A stretch of 64,000 bases of DNA, from the NCBI GenBank assembly GCA_963844035.1, contig CAWJMT010000027.1:49173-113172 (forward strand). The letters are read 5' to 3'. Under the pieces are notes generated by a model that saw nothing but the letters and a program-made list of their open reading frames with translations, made no database searches and was not told the DNA's origin. Position 1 is the stretch's first letter, and each line of letters opens with the position of its first letter. Of this stretch, positions 24,787-35,311 are shown piece after piece. Origin of the DNA: an uncultured Gemmatimonadales bacterium. Its GTDB lineage: Bacteria > Gemmatimonadota > Gemmatimonadetes > Gemmatimonadales > GWC2-71-9. Both the position numbers and the translations under genes were made by a program.

Positions 24787-26330
24787 CCCCCGGGGAGGAG
24801 CGTGTACCGCTTGGGCACGGTGTTGCCCGGGTCCACCTGCACCTTCTCGACAATCGTCTTGTAGCCTTCTCGAACGACTTTGATCGTGTGCGCGCCGGCG
24901 GGCACCGCGTAACGCACGACGGGTGTCGGTCCCACATCCACTCCGTCGACATACAGCTCGCCGTATGGCTCGGCGTTGACGGTGATGTAGCCCGGTGCGG
25001 CAACAGGAGGTGCGGCGACGCGCTCGCGCGGACGTTCACTCGAGGCGCGCGCCGGCGGAGGCGTGGGGACGGCATCGCGCACGCGAACGGTGTCGATGCG
25101 GGCCGCCGGCGACGCCGGGGCCTGACCGCCGCGGCTGAGCGCGAGGTAGCCACCCAAACCCACCACCGCCACCACGGCACCGGCCACCAGCAACGGTGCC
25201 TTCGATTTTTTCTGCGCCTGGGGACGCTGCCCCGCCGGAGGCGGCGCAGGGGGACCGCCGTACGCGGCCGGCAGGGGCGTCGTGGGCGCGGCCGAGATCT
25301 CGGTCGGCGCGTCGGCGCTGGCACGCGGCCGCATGGTCGGCTGCGTGACGTGCCGCCCCGATCGCGCGGCCTTCACCGGATGTTCGGGCCATACGGCGGT
25401 GGCGAAGTCCTCGGTGGTTTCGAACCGCTCGGCGGGGTCTTTCGCCATCGCCCGGGAGATCGCGGCCGAGAGATGCTCGGGCACGTCGGGCCGTCGTACC
25501 TTTGCGGCGGGGGGCGGCTCGAAGATCTGTTTGTACAGCACGGTGTGAATCGTGTCACCGCCGAACGGCAAATCGCCCGTAAGCATGCGGTAGCCCACGA
25601 CGCCGAGCGAGTACTGGTCGGCACGGCCATCCACCACAGCGCCCTTGGCCTGCTCGGGAGCCATGTAGTGGGGTGTCCCGATGATCATCCCCGTGGCGGT
25701 GAACCCGGTGGCCGCCTGCAGCGCCTTCGAGATCCCGAAGTCCGTGAGCACCACGCGTTCGTCGTGGTCGAACATGATGTTCGCGGGCTTCACGTCGCGG
25801 TGGACGACGCCGCGCTGGTGCGCATGTCCGAGCGCGCACGCGGCCTCCCACAGGACCCGCTGGACGTAGTCGGGAGCGAGCGGCTCCTGGCGCTCGAGCA
25901 CGTCTTCCAGCGACGTCCCCGCCACGTACTTCATCACGAAGTAGTTGAGCCCGCCCTCGCTCTCGACGCGATAGATCGGGATGATGTGGGGATGGTCGAG
26001 CTTGGCGGAGGTCTTCGCTTCCTGCTGGAAGCGGCGCACCACCTGCTCATCCTGCGCGATGTCGGGGGGCAGCACCTTGATGGCGACCTCGCGCTCGAGC
26101 GTGAGATCGTGCGCCAGGAACACGGCGCCCATCCCGCCTTTCCCGAGAATCCGCTCGATGCGGTACTTCCCCTCGACCGCGCGTTGCAGGCGCTGCAGCA
26201 GCACCGCGGAGCTGGTGGTGCTGGGCGGGCCGACTCCCCCAGTCTGGTCCGTCCCGCACACCGAGCAGTAGCGGCTGCTCTCGGGGAGCGGCGTGTGACA
26301 GTGCATGCACTCCACGGTGCCGTTGGTCAT
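24783..26330 (-). CDS. Ser/Thr protein kinase with N-terminal zinc ribbon and C-terminal PEGA domain
   Basis: CMHC..CSVC, LGKGGMG, HRDVKPAN, DFG, YMAPEQ, TM, LYVDGVDVGPTP. Confidence 0.93.
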   Translation of the reverse strand: MTNGTVECMHCHTPLPESSRYCSVCGTDQTGGVGPPSTTSSAVLLQRLQRAVEGKYRIERILGKGGMGAVFLAHDLTLEREVAIKVLPPDIAQDEQVVRRFQQEAKTSAKLDHPHIIPIYRVESEGGLNYFVMKYVAGTSLEDVLERQEPLAPDYVQRVLWEAACALGHAHQRGVVHRDVKPANIMFDHDERVVLTDFGISKALQAATGFTATGMIIGTPHYMAPEQAKGAVVDGRADQYSLGVVGYRMLTGDLPFGGDTIHTVLYKQIFEPPPAAKVRRPDVPEHLSAAISRAMAKDPAERFETTEDFATAVWPEHPVKAARSGRHVTQPTMRPRASADAPTEISAAPTTPLPAAYGGPPAPPPAGQRPQAQKKSKAPLLVAGAVVAVVGLGGYLALSRGGQAPASPAARIDTVRVRDAVPTPPPARASSERPRERVAAPPVAAPGYITVNAEPYGELYVDGVDVGPTPVVRYAVPAGAHTIKVVREGYKTIVEKVQVDPGNTVPKRYTLLPGG

Positions 26331-27939
26331 GGGGAACGACCGGGAGCCAGGCGGAGGAGAGGCGCGGAGACCGAGCGCGCCGCCCGGAGCGGCCTTCTTG
26401 GTCGCGGCGGGGGCGGCGCTCGGCGCGGGGAAAGCAGTCGGGCACGCGTTGGCCGCAACACAGATTTCGTAGTGGGTCGTCGTTCCCCGGTAGTCCAATA
26501 TGACCAGGTAGTAGTCCCCTGCTGCGAGCCCATTCACCGTGCGGTTCACGTCCGAGATGGGCGACGTGTCGGCCATCACGACCTGCACCTGCGGCAGTGC
26601 CCGGGGTCGGCACCCTGACGAGGTACAGGTCGAGATCCTTGAGTGAATCGGGACGCACACCGGTGAACGCGTGCAGCCGGAACCGATACAGCCCAACGGA
26701 CGGCACGGTGAACCGAATCCAGTCGATGTCGTGCGGGTTGACGATGGAGAGCGTGTCGCGGTACGGAAGGGTCTTCGCGCCACGGAGGTCGGCCGCAGTG
26801 CACGAGTTGTCGTCCTCATGCTTGTCGGCGGGCAGCTCACTCTGGTAGCCGGCGATCACGGTGAGCCCGTAGCGACCGGGCACCGTGTAGCCGGCGATCG
26901 CGTCGAGCGTGCCGGCCGGCAGGTTTTTGAACGCCACGATCGTCGAGTCGCCGAGCGCCTCGCTGGGCGCCCAGGCGGCGCCGTGACAGTTGTGCGACTT
27001 GGGGCCGAACGACCACGAATCCGGACCGCCGATGAAGTTGGTCCCGTCCCAGACGAGCGAGTCCGTGAGGAAGGTGAAGAAGGTGCCTGCGATCTGCGGC
27101 GCTGTGAGCACGATCGTCAGATCCCCGGTCTGCGGGTGGTTGAGGCGGTACCAGTCCGACCCCGACGGGACGTCGCGCGGCAACGCCTCGAACGCGAGCG
27201 CCGGATTGGTGAAAAGGAGCGTGGGGTACGCAGCGAACGGTGGCGGGGCGTCGAGGTCGATCATCTGTGGGACCGTATCGTTCGGCTCGTACAGATCCTG
27301 CTCGACCACGATCGTGCTATCGCCGTGGACATAGCCGAGCACGCCGTTGTTGCCGGTGATCCCGAGGAAAAACAGTGAGTCGGTGCGAGCCGGCGGCGGC
27401 ACCCACCATTGGGAACGGACCGTTCCGGACGCGAAAACGGTGTCCGCGAACGGCACGCGGATCAGTGCCGCTCCCTTCAGGCTCGCCGAAAAAATCGAGT
27501 CGACGCTCACACCGTAGATGCTGAGGATCTCGCCGTAGTGCACAATCTTGGGGCGGACGCTGTCGATCTCGAGGGGCGCCGCCACGCGCAGCGTGCCGGA
27601 GGCCGCGAGCGCCTGTTTGCCGAAGTTCGCCGCCGCCGCCGTAATGATCACCGTACCGGACTTCACCCCGACGACGTGCCCGGAATTGTCCACCGTCGCG
27701 ACACTGGGATCACTGCTCGACCAGACGAAGACGACGTTGGGGATCGGCTGGGAGTCGGTCGAGCTGACCATCTGCCACGCCTGGGCGGTGACAACCGTGT
27801 CGTCACCACGGAACAGGATGGACATGGGGCTGAGGCTCACATGCACGGACGCGTCCCGCTCGGTAGGGAAGATGCACCTACCGACGGTTACGGAAGCGAC
27901 CAGCACTACCGCCAGGCGTCCGGCTCGCATGTGCTCCAA
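26327..27939 (-). CDS. Secreted Ig-like (Big2) domain protein (frameshifted)
   Basis: WSSSDPSVATVD, DLYEPND, DIDW and GDYYLVI PPC-like motifs. Confidence 0.65.
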
Positions 27940-28000
27940 TCCGGGGAGGACCAGGGGCCCAATCTAAGAAACCCCGTTGGCTGGAGCCAATTTCGGGCCT

Positions 28001-29338
28001 CTAAAGGCGGCCCCGGCGCTTGAGATCGAGGTAACTCGCCACCACGGCCTGGGCAGCCCGCTCGGGGGGAACGTCGAGAACGAGCACGCCGGCGCGGCGG
28101 ATGTGGGCCAATGCCTCCTCCCGCGCCCGCAGCAGCTCCTCGGCTGCCGCCTTTCGGAAGGCATCCTTCACTCCTTCCGGATGCTGACCGGCGACGGCGT
28201 CGAGCTCGGGATTGCGGAGTGTTACGGCGAGGGGGAGATGGCGCGGGCGCAGCGTGGCGATGTGCGCCACCAGCGCCTCCGACGCAAACCGGTCGATCAC
28301 GTCGGTGAACAGGACGGTGAGGGCCCGCTTGCGGTTGCGCACCGCGAGGTAGCGAAACGCGCCGGGATAGTCGGGCTCGACCAGGGTAGGCTCGAGGACG
28401 GTCAGGACGTCCAGCACGCGGCGCAGCCCAGCCCGCCCGCGCTGCGGCGGCACGAAATGCTGTACGCCGTCCGCGAACGCCATGACGCCCACGTTGTCGT
28501 CGTGCTGGATCGCCGCATACGCGAGCTCCAGCGCCGCCTGCACGACGTAGTCGAGGCGAGCTACGCCCGCGAGCTCGCCGCTCAGCAACCGCCCGGTGTC
28601 GAGCACCAGGAGCACCTGCTGCCGCCGCTCCGCTTCGTACTGGCGGGCAATCACCTTGCCGCGCCGCGCCGTCGCCTTCCAATCGATGTTGCGGACGTCG
28701 TCGCCGGAGACCCACTCGCGGAGCGACTCGAACAGCCGTCCCTCGCCCAGGCGTCGCATCGGCGTGACGCCGGGCTCGCGCCGCTGCCGCGCCTGCGCCA
28801 CCGACGCGCGCAGGCGGGCCGGCACCAGCGGCGGGTAAACGACCACGTCCCATGGCAGCGCGCGCCACCCGCGCCGCACCGCCAGCCCCATCGGTCCCCG
28901 GCTGTCGATCACGAACGCGGCCCCTTTCCCTCCCGCAGCACCCCCCGCCCTGCCGCGCCGCACCGGCTCCACGGGGAGCCGCTCGCGCAGCTCGCCCTGA
29001 GCGTCGACGGCAAGCGCGCGCGGCGGCTGCAGGCCGCCCAGCAGGTCGGGGCGGATTTCGCGCGCGCGCAGCCGCACGCGTCGGGTCGACCGATTGACCC
29101 AGCGGTACCACACCTCGCCGGTGCGGCCCACCGAAAACGCGGGCGGCGCGTCCCGCTCGATCTCCAGCTCGCGCGCGTCGGGGCGGACGGCGCGTGTCGC
29201 ATCGAGCCAGACGGCCGCGAGCAGCGCGACGTCGGCGACGAGCATCGCGTACAGCGCCCACGGCACCACCAGGCCGAGGAGGCCGAGGAGGGAAACCGCC
29301 GCCGCGCCCCCGAGGGCGCGTCGCGTCGGCAGGATCAC
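28001..29338 (-). CDS. DUF58 family protein
   Basis: FESLREW..GDDVRNIDWKATAR, LDTGR. Confidence 0.9.
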   Translation of the reverse strand: MILPTRRALGGAAAVSLLGLLGLVVPWALYAMLVADVALLAAVWLDATRAVRPDARELEIERDAPPAFSVGRTGEVWYRWVNRSTRRVRLRAREIRPDLLGGLQPPRALAVDAQGELRERLPVEPVRRGRAGGAAGGKGAAFVIDSRGPMGLAVRRGWRALPWDVVVYPPLVPARLRASVAQARQRREPGVTPMRRLGEGRLFESLREWVSGDDVRNIDWKATARRGKVIARQYEAERRQQVLLVLDTGRLLSGELAGVARLDYVVQAALELAYAAIQHDDNVGVMAFADGVQHFVPPQRGRAGLRRVLDVLTVLEPTLVEPDYPGAFRYLAVRNRKRALTVLFTDVIDRFASEALVAHIATLRPRHLPLAVTLRNPELDAVAGQHPEGVKDAFRKAAAEELLRAREEALAHIRRAGVLVLDVPPERAAQAVVASYLDLKRRGRL

Positions 29339-30291
29339 GCCGTGGGCACTTCGGTCTTGTCGAGGATCGCCTTGAGCGCGGCGTCGGGCGTCACGCCTTC
29401 GAGCTCGAGCTCCGGGGCGACGTTGACGCGGTGGCGCAACACGGCCGGCGCGAGCCCCTTCACGTCGTCCGGAATCACAAAGTCCCGGCCGTCGAGCAAC
29501 GCCGCCGCGCGCGCTGTCTTGAGGAGCCCCACACCAGCGCGCGGGCTGGCGCCCAGCGTGAGCGAGGCGGCCTCTCGCGTGCCGCGGACCAGCGCCGTGA
29601 TGTACGCGGTGATCTGCGGCTCGACCCGCACCGCGTCCGCCGCCTGCCGCATGCGCTCGAGCCCGGCCGCGTCAGTCACGGGGGTCACGCCGAATGTGGC
29701 CGGCCGATCGGCCTCGAACCCCTCGACGTAGCGCGTCAGAATCCGCTGTTCGAGCGCAGCGCTGGGGTATCCGATCTGCACCTTCATCATAAAGCGGTCG
29801 AGCTCCGCTTCGGGAAGCGGATAGGTACCCTCGAACTCGATCGGGTTCTGGGTCGCGAACACGGTGAACGCCGCGGAGAGGGGATGCCCCGTGCCGTCGG
29901 CGGTGACGGTGCGCTCCTGCATCGCTTCGAGCAGCGCGGCCTGCGTCTTGGCGGGAGCGCGGTTGATCTCATCCGCCAGCACGAGGTCGGCAAACAGCGG
30001 CCCCGGCCGAAATGTGAAATCGTGCGTCCCCGAGAGCAGCGTGACGCCCGTGATGTCCGCCGGCATCAGGTCGGGGGTGAATTGAATGCGCTGAAACCGC
30101 ACGTTCAACACGAGCGCCAGGGTGCGGACCAGCAGCGTCTTCGCCGTTCCCGGGACCCCTTCGAGCAGCACGTGGCCGCGCGCGAGAAGACAGATCAGCG
30201 TCTCCCGCAGCGCGGCCTCCTGGCCCAGCACGACACCCCGCAGGGCGTCTAGGATCTGCCGCGCGTTGTGCGCGGGCGAAGCTCCTCCCAC
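29335..30291 (-). CDS. MoxR-family AAA+ ATPase
   Basis: HVLLEGVPGTAKT, RIQFTPDLMP, DEINRA, ATQNPIE, LDRF. Confidence 0.95.
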   Translation of the reverse strand: MGGASPAHNARQILDALRGVVLGQEAALRETLICLLARGHVLLEGVPGTAKTLLVRTLALVLNVRFQRIQFTPDLMPADITGVTLLSGTHDFTFRPGPLFADLVLADEINRAPAKTQAALLEAMQERTVTADGTGHPLSAAFTVFATQNPIEFEGTYPLPEAELDRFMMKVQIGYPSAALEQRILTRYVEGFEADRPATFGVTPVTDAAGLERMRQAADAVRVEPQITAYITALVRGTREAASLTLGASPRAGVGLLKTARAAALLDGRDFVIPDDVKGLAPAVLRHRVNVAPELELEGVTPDAALKAILDKTEVPTA

Positions 30292-31484
30292 ACTTCCTCC
30301 ACGGTTTGAGCGGCGGCGAGCACCCGGGCGGCGCCACCGGGTGTGCTGCCAAGGTCCCGCAGCCGCCGCGCCGCGGCACGGCCGCGCGGCGTTGACAGGG
30401 CAAGCTCGAGCGCGCCGAGCCACTGCTGCTCTCCTCCCGGCGCCACCGTGCCGGTGCGCGACAACCGCCGCCGCAGCCCGGCAACGAGCAGCTGGACCGC
30501 GGCATCAAATCCGGCAGCGCCTTCCAGGCCGGCTGCGAGGGCGTCGAGGTGCTCGAGGGGCGAGCGACGGCGGCGCTCGATCACATCCCGCGCCGGCCCG
30601 AAGCGCACCGCCTGCACCGCGAGGGCGATGAGCCCGACGGCCACCAGGTGCAGGATCACCCACCCCACGGGATGACTCACGAGCCACTCCCACGATGCCT
30701 CTTGAAGCGATCCCGCCGTCGCCGAATCCCAGGTGATACTCGTCAACCGTGACCCGCCTGGTGGTGCCGTCCGCAAACCACGGCAGCACAACGCGGCCGG
30801 CGTCCGTCTCCTTGAGAGCCCGATTCGTCAGGAACCGCCCATCGGCGAGCAGGATCACCCTGCCGCCCGACGCGAACCGCAGCCGCAGGGCGACGGGGCG
30901 ATTGATCGGTCGTGCGCAGCAGAGTGTCGACGTGGAGCCCCGCTCCCAGACGCACCGGGCAGCGATCGTCCTCCACGTCTTCGCCCCCTCACGGTCACCA
31001 GCGATTCCGCGGGGATGGGCCGGAGCAGACGCCTCGCGTCGGGGAGGGGCCGCGTCGCGCGAAATTGCACGGGCGCCACATCGCCGAAATCCCCGACGCG
31101 ACTCGACACATACCCGAAGCAGGTTTCGATGCCGGTCTCTCCAGCCACGAAGATGCGACCGCCGCGGTCCACATAGTCACGAATGGCCACGCGTTCCCGC
31201 AACGTCGGTTCGACAATGTCGAGAAAGGCGAGCAACACGTGACGGGGCGGCCGCGTGCTGTCGGTCGCCAGATCGAAGTACGACCGCCGCCGCTGCTCGA
31301 CGGTGAGGTCCAAGCGGGTGAGCACCTGCGCCAAACCCTTGGCCCCGTTCGGCCCTGCGAGATGGGTCGAGAGCCGGAGATCATCCATCCCCTCCGCGGG
31401 AGCCGACAGGATGCCGGCCAGCGCGGCCAGCGCGAGGGTGACCACCGCTCCGATGACGACGGCGCGCTCACCGCGTCGCAGCAT
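30249..31484 (-). CDS. DUF4350 domain protein (frameshifted)
   Basis: STHLAGPNGAKGL, FLTNRAL, VDEYH, RFGP, EHLDALA; typical MoxR operon position. Confidence 0.75.
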
Positions 31485-32088
31485 GCAGCCCGAGCCCTGA
31501 GGCCAGCGAGTCGAAGCGCTGCCACTCTTCGGCGCCACACGGCGCGCCGCCGAACAGGTGGCGATAGAGGGCCGCCACGAGGTCCGCCAGCTCGGAGCGC
31601 CCGGCGTCGTCGAGGCGCGCCTCCTGCACGTACTCTGCCGGCGTCTTCGAGGGATGCACCTGCAGTACACGATGCGCGTCGAGCTCGAGCATGGCTGCGA
31701 GGAAGCGGTGCGCCAACGCCTCGGCGAATTGACCGGCGGCCCCCAGCCGGCGCGCCTCGGCCAGGTGCCACGCGGCATCCCGAATCGGGCCGGCCATTGC
31801 AGCCTGGGTCCCGGTGGTGAGATGCGGGTGGAGCGATCGCCAGACCACCCACGACAGGTGAGCGACCAGCCCCGCGAGCAGCAGGACTAAGGCGGCGAGC
31901 AGGACGTAGTAGGGGAGCGGAAACGAGACCCGCAGCCCCTCGAGCCAATCGAGGAACCGCTGCACGCGCCCCATCAGCCAGGCAAACGTGCTGCTCCCCT
32001 CAGTCCACTGGTACTCGCGGTCGGCGAACACCGCCTGGACCACCGCCGCGAGAGAGTCGGGATCGAAGTGTCGCGAGACCGCGATCAC
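31468..32088 (-). CDS. DUF4129 domain protein
   Basis: GQFAEAL, SKTPAEY, YRHLFGG. Confidence 0.78.
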   Translation of the reverse strand: MIAVSRHFDPDSLAAVVQAVFADREYQWTEGSSTFAWLMGRVQRFLDWLEGLRVSFPLPYYVLLAALVLLLAGLVAHLSWVVWRSLHPHLTTGTQAAMAGPIRDAAWHLAEARRLGAAGQFAEALAHRFLAAMLELDAHRVLQVHPSKTPAEYVQEARLDDAGRSELADLVAALYRHLFGGAPCGAEEWQRFDSLASGLGLHAATR

Positions 32089-32846
32089 GCCCGGGCGGCG
32101 ATCCCGAGGTGCCGGCTCAATAACTCGAGGTCGAACGCCTCTTTGCGCACGCGCAGATCATAGTAGAAGAGGGTGAAGACACAGCTGGTGAAAGGATAGA
32201 GGAACAGAAACAGCAACCCAAGTCCGATTACCGCCGGAACCAGCAGGGCCTTGAAGAGGAACGACGCGATCGCTGCGATGATTGCGAAGCCCAGGGTAAA
32301 GAGGATGAACAGGACCAGGATGACGCAGTACAGCCCGAACGCCCTCCACTTGAATCCCCTTGTGAGGGTCCAAGAGCGACCGACGCCGTCCAGGCCGCTG
32401 TTCAGCGGCTCAAGCACGGCGGCCTGCACCACGACAGCGAGCCCGCATGCCACGACGAGCGCGGGGACGACCAACAGCAGCAATCCGAGAAAAAAAAGGA
32501 CGCCCGCAGCCAGCCCGGCGAGGAGCGACCGACCGAGCTTGCCCCATGCGAAGCTGAGCGCGTCGGCCATGCCGGGATCATGCCCGAGGTAGGCCTGTGA
32601 GACCACGCGAATGGATGCCGAGGATACGAGCAGGTAGCCCAGCCCGTTGAGGAACTGTCCCAGCAGGTAGAGCCCGAAATGCTGGGAGACGCCCCCGGCG
32701 AACTCGACGTACAGGCTCAACGCGGTGGGCACGCCCTGACAGATGATCCCAATCCCGAAGAAGACACCAACATGGTGCCGCAGGAGCGCGAACGACGCGT
32801 CGAGGATCTCGCCCGTGGACATGGGCCGCAGCGCGGTGGTAGCCAT
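32085..32846 (-). CDS. Integral membrane protein of the MoxR operon
   Basis: LRPMSTGEILDASF, RSWTLTRG, YYDLRVRKEAFDL. Confidence 0.8.
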   Translation of the reverse strand: MATTALRPMSTGEILDASFALLRHHVGVFFGIGIICQGVPTALSLYVEFAGGVSQHFGLYLLGQFLNGLGYLLVSSASIRVVSQAYLGHDPGMADALSFAWGKLGRSLLAGLAAGVLFFLGLLLLVVPALVVACGLAVVVQAAVLEPLNSGLDGVGRSWTLTRGFKWRAFGLYCVILVLFILFTLGFAIIAAIASFLFKALLVPAVIGLGLLFLFLYPFTSCVFTLFYYDLRVRKEAFDLELLSRHLGIAARA

Positions 32847-32878
32847 TGGTCCTCCCTGAGGGGTAAGATGCCTGTCGC

Positions 32879-34759
32879 ATGCCCGCCACGCGAGGCCCAA
32901 CCGTCCCGCAGTTCGCGCGCCGTCTCGCGATCGAGACGCCGGAGCACGTGGCGCTCGAGCTCGAACTCGCCGGACCCGGATCGCGCGTCGCGGCGGCGCT
33001 GTGCGACGCCGCGATTCTCATCATCCTCCTCACCTTGCTGTTCATCGGCAGTGGGACGCTGGCAGCGAACGTCGCCGCACAGCGCGGCTGGGGAACGCTG
33101 ATGGCCGTGCTCGTCTCCCTGGTCCTGTTCCTCATTATTTGGGGCTACTTCCTGCTGTTCGAGGCGTTCAACGACGGCCGCACACCCGGGAAGCGGCTCA
33201 TGGGGATCCGGGTGGTAATGGACACGGGCCATCGCCTCACCTTCACGGCTGCAGCGGTGCGCAACCTCGTGCGCGTCGTCGACGCTCAGCCGCTGTTCAC
33301 CTACCTGCTGGGCTTCGGGTTCGTCCTGTTTCACGCCCAGAACAAGCGCCTGGGCGACATCGTCGCCGGAACGATCGTGGTGCGCGACCGCCCGGGGGAC
33401 CTCCAGCTCGCCGGCATGCCGGCCGATCCGGCGCCGCAGCGCGAGCCGATCGACGCCGGCCCCCCGGAGCTCGAGGACGAGGAGTTCCGCCTGCTCGATC
33501 AGTTCCTCGAGCGTATCGAACGATTGGATGTCGCATTGCGCCGCCGCTTCACGGCCGAGCTCGCGGCCCGGTTCGCTCCACGATTCCCGCGCCGCGACCC
33601 CGATCCTGCCACGTTTCTCGTGGCGCTCCACAGCGGGGAGCTCGACAAGCGGCGCGGCCGCCTCGCGGCGCGGCGCGATCAGGGCGTGGGCCGGACCACG
33701 ATCGCCGCCGAACGATTCGTGCTTCGCAAGCGCGCCTCCTGGGAGGCGTTTCGCAGCCTCGCCGCACAGGCGGAGCGCGGCGGGCTCAAACAGCTGGGCG
33801 CCGCGGCGATTCCGGCGTTCGCCGCGCAGTACCGCGAGATCGCGGCCGACCTGGCGCGTGCCCGCACCTACGGGGTCGACGCCAGAGTGCTCGAATACCT
33901 CGAGCGCGTCGTGAGTGCGGGGCACAACGCTCTGTACGGGCGCCACACCGCCGACCGAACTCAGCTAGCCCGCCTGCTGTTGCGCGAGGTCCCGGCCGCG
34001 GTCGTGGCGGGCCGGGCCTACGTGCTGGCCGCATTGCTCGCGTTCGCCGTCCCTGCGGTGACAGGCTATCTGCTGCTGCGCGAGCGCCCGGCGGTCGCCG
34101 AAGAGGTGCTGCCGGACGAGATGATCGCCCGCGCCATTGCGGGCGCGGAGCACCGCGCCCAGGGTGTGGGATATGCCGAGGCGCCCTCGATGTACCTCCC
34201 GGTCGTGGCCTCCCGCATCATCACCAACAACGTGCAGGTGGCCTTCTTCGCGTTCGCACTCGGGAGTACGGCGGGTCTCGGGACCCTGGCCATTCTCGTG
34301 ATGAACGGCCTGTTCTTCGGCGCCGTGCTGGGCCTGTTCGCGAACTACTCATTGGCGGGGTGGTTGCTCACGTTCGTCGCCGGGCACGGTGTGCTCGAGC
34401 TGACGGCGATCTTTATCGCGGGGGGGGCGGGGTTGCGCGTCGCGGGCGCCATGATCGCCCCGGGGGACCGGACCCGGCGGGATGCCCTGGTGCTCGAGGG
34501 ACGGCTGGCGGCCCGGATGGTGGCTGCGGCGGTGCTTCTGCTGGCGCTCGCCGGGACTATCGAGGGGTTGCTCTCGGCGAGCGACGCGCCTGCCCCGTAC
34601 AAGTTCGCCGCGAGCGCCGCCAGTGCCTTGTTTCTATTTCTCTATCTCGGGAATGGCGCGAGCTACTTGCGGCTTACAGGTCCAGATCTTGGAGTATCTG
34701 GCGCATCCGCCGCGCCAGCGTCTCGATCTGCCGCAAGCTCGACACCATCTCCGGGCTGA
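32879..34759 (+). CDS. RDD domain + SpoIIM (DUF95) fusion membrane protein
   Basis: ETPEHV, GRTPGKR, KRLGDIVAGT; IITNNVQV, HGVLEL. Confidence 0.88.
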   Translation: MPATRGPTVPQFARRLAIETPEHVALELELAGPGSRVAAALCDAAILIILLTLLFIGSGTLAANVAAQRGWGTLMAVLVSLVLFLIIWGYFLLFEAFNDGRTPGKRLMGIRVVMDTGHRLTFTAAAVRNLVRVVDAQPLFTYLLGFGFVLFHAQNKRLGDIVAGTIVVRDRPGDLQLAGMPADPAPQREPIDAGPPELEDEEFRLLDQFLERIERLDVALRRRFTAELAARFAPRFPRRDPDPATFLVALHSGELDKRRGRLAARRDQGVGRTTIAAERFVLRKRASWEAFRSLAAQAERGGLKQLGAAAIPAFAAQYREIAADLARARTYGVDARVLEYLERVVSAGHNALYGRHTADRTQLARLLLREVPAAVVAGRAYVLAALLAFAVPAVTGYLLLRERPAVAEEVLPDEMIARAIAGAEHRAQGVGYAEAPSMYLPVVASRIITNNVQVAFFAFALGSTAGLGTLAILVMNGLFFGAVLGLFANYSLAGWLLTFVAGHGVLELTAIFIAGGAGLRVAGAMIAPGDRTRRDALVLEGRLAARMVAAAVLLLALAGTIEGLLSASDAPAPYKFAASAASALFLFLYLGNGASYLRLTGPDLGVSGASAAPASRSAASSTPSPG

Positions 34760-34889
34760 GCTGGTCGGCGGAAAGGAGCATGATCTGCGTTTCGGCGAGG
34801 ACGGCGGCGAGCGGGTTGGCCAGGTCATGCCGTAGCCTGCGGACTTTGTCGCCGCCTTCTGGTGCTTCAGATCCCGACGCCGGCGCCAC
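34674..34889 (-). CDS. Stand-alone HisKA-like phosphoacceptor domain protein
   Basis: RHDLANPLAAVL H-box in a protein of about 70 aa. Confidence 0.6.
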   Translation of the reverse strand: MAPASGSEAPEGGDKVRRLRHDLANPLAAVLAETQIMLLSADQLSPEMVSSLRQIETLARRMRQILQDLDL

Positions 34890-35173
34890 TAGAGCAGGGA
34901 GCGATACAAATCGCGTAAATGGTGGTCCCGCAGGTCTCGTACCGACTGCCACAAATCCGGCTCGGAGGTCGCGCAGAAGATCTCGGCAGTCGACCGCTCC
35001 TCTTCGGTATCGGGCGCCCCGAACAGCATGCGACCGCGCCAGACCGTGTCCTCAGTCCGCCGTACCATCAGACGTATGGAGATGAGTTGTCCGTCGAATC
35101 GAATGGGGGGCAGATCATGGACGACTGCTTCGCTGGAATCCGGGCTGCTGTATCGAACTGGTTGTGCAGACAT
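34889..35173 (-). CDS. Hypothetical protein
   Basis: Clean 94-aa ORF coupled to the next gene (TAGTG). Confidence 0.6.
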   Translation of the reverse strand: MSAQPVRYSSPDSSEAVVHDLPPIRFDGQLISIRLMVRRTEDTVWRGRMLFGAPDTEEERSTAEIFCATSEPDLWQSVRDLRDHHLRDLYRSLL

Positions 35174-35237
35174 TCTCGCCCAGGGGCTGGTTTGGGCAAA
35201 GATAAGGGACTCTGCGGTGGATGCAATAGAGAATGAA

Positions 35238-35305
35238 GGTGTCGGGTGTCAGGTGTCAGGTGTCAGAGGAGCGTACCTGACACCTGACACCTGACACCTG
35301 ACACC
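35238..35305. repeat. Inverted heptamer repeats (GGTGTCA)n ... (CCTGACA)n
   Basis: Visible; same unit as 6048-6133 and 55364-55934. Confidence 0.88.
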
Positions 35306-35311
35306 TTGTTT

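Noticed and set aside
24783..26840. Long N-terminal extension on the Ser/Thr kinase
   Set aside because: The extension is the frameshifted tail of the upstream Ig-domain gene.
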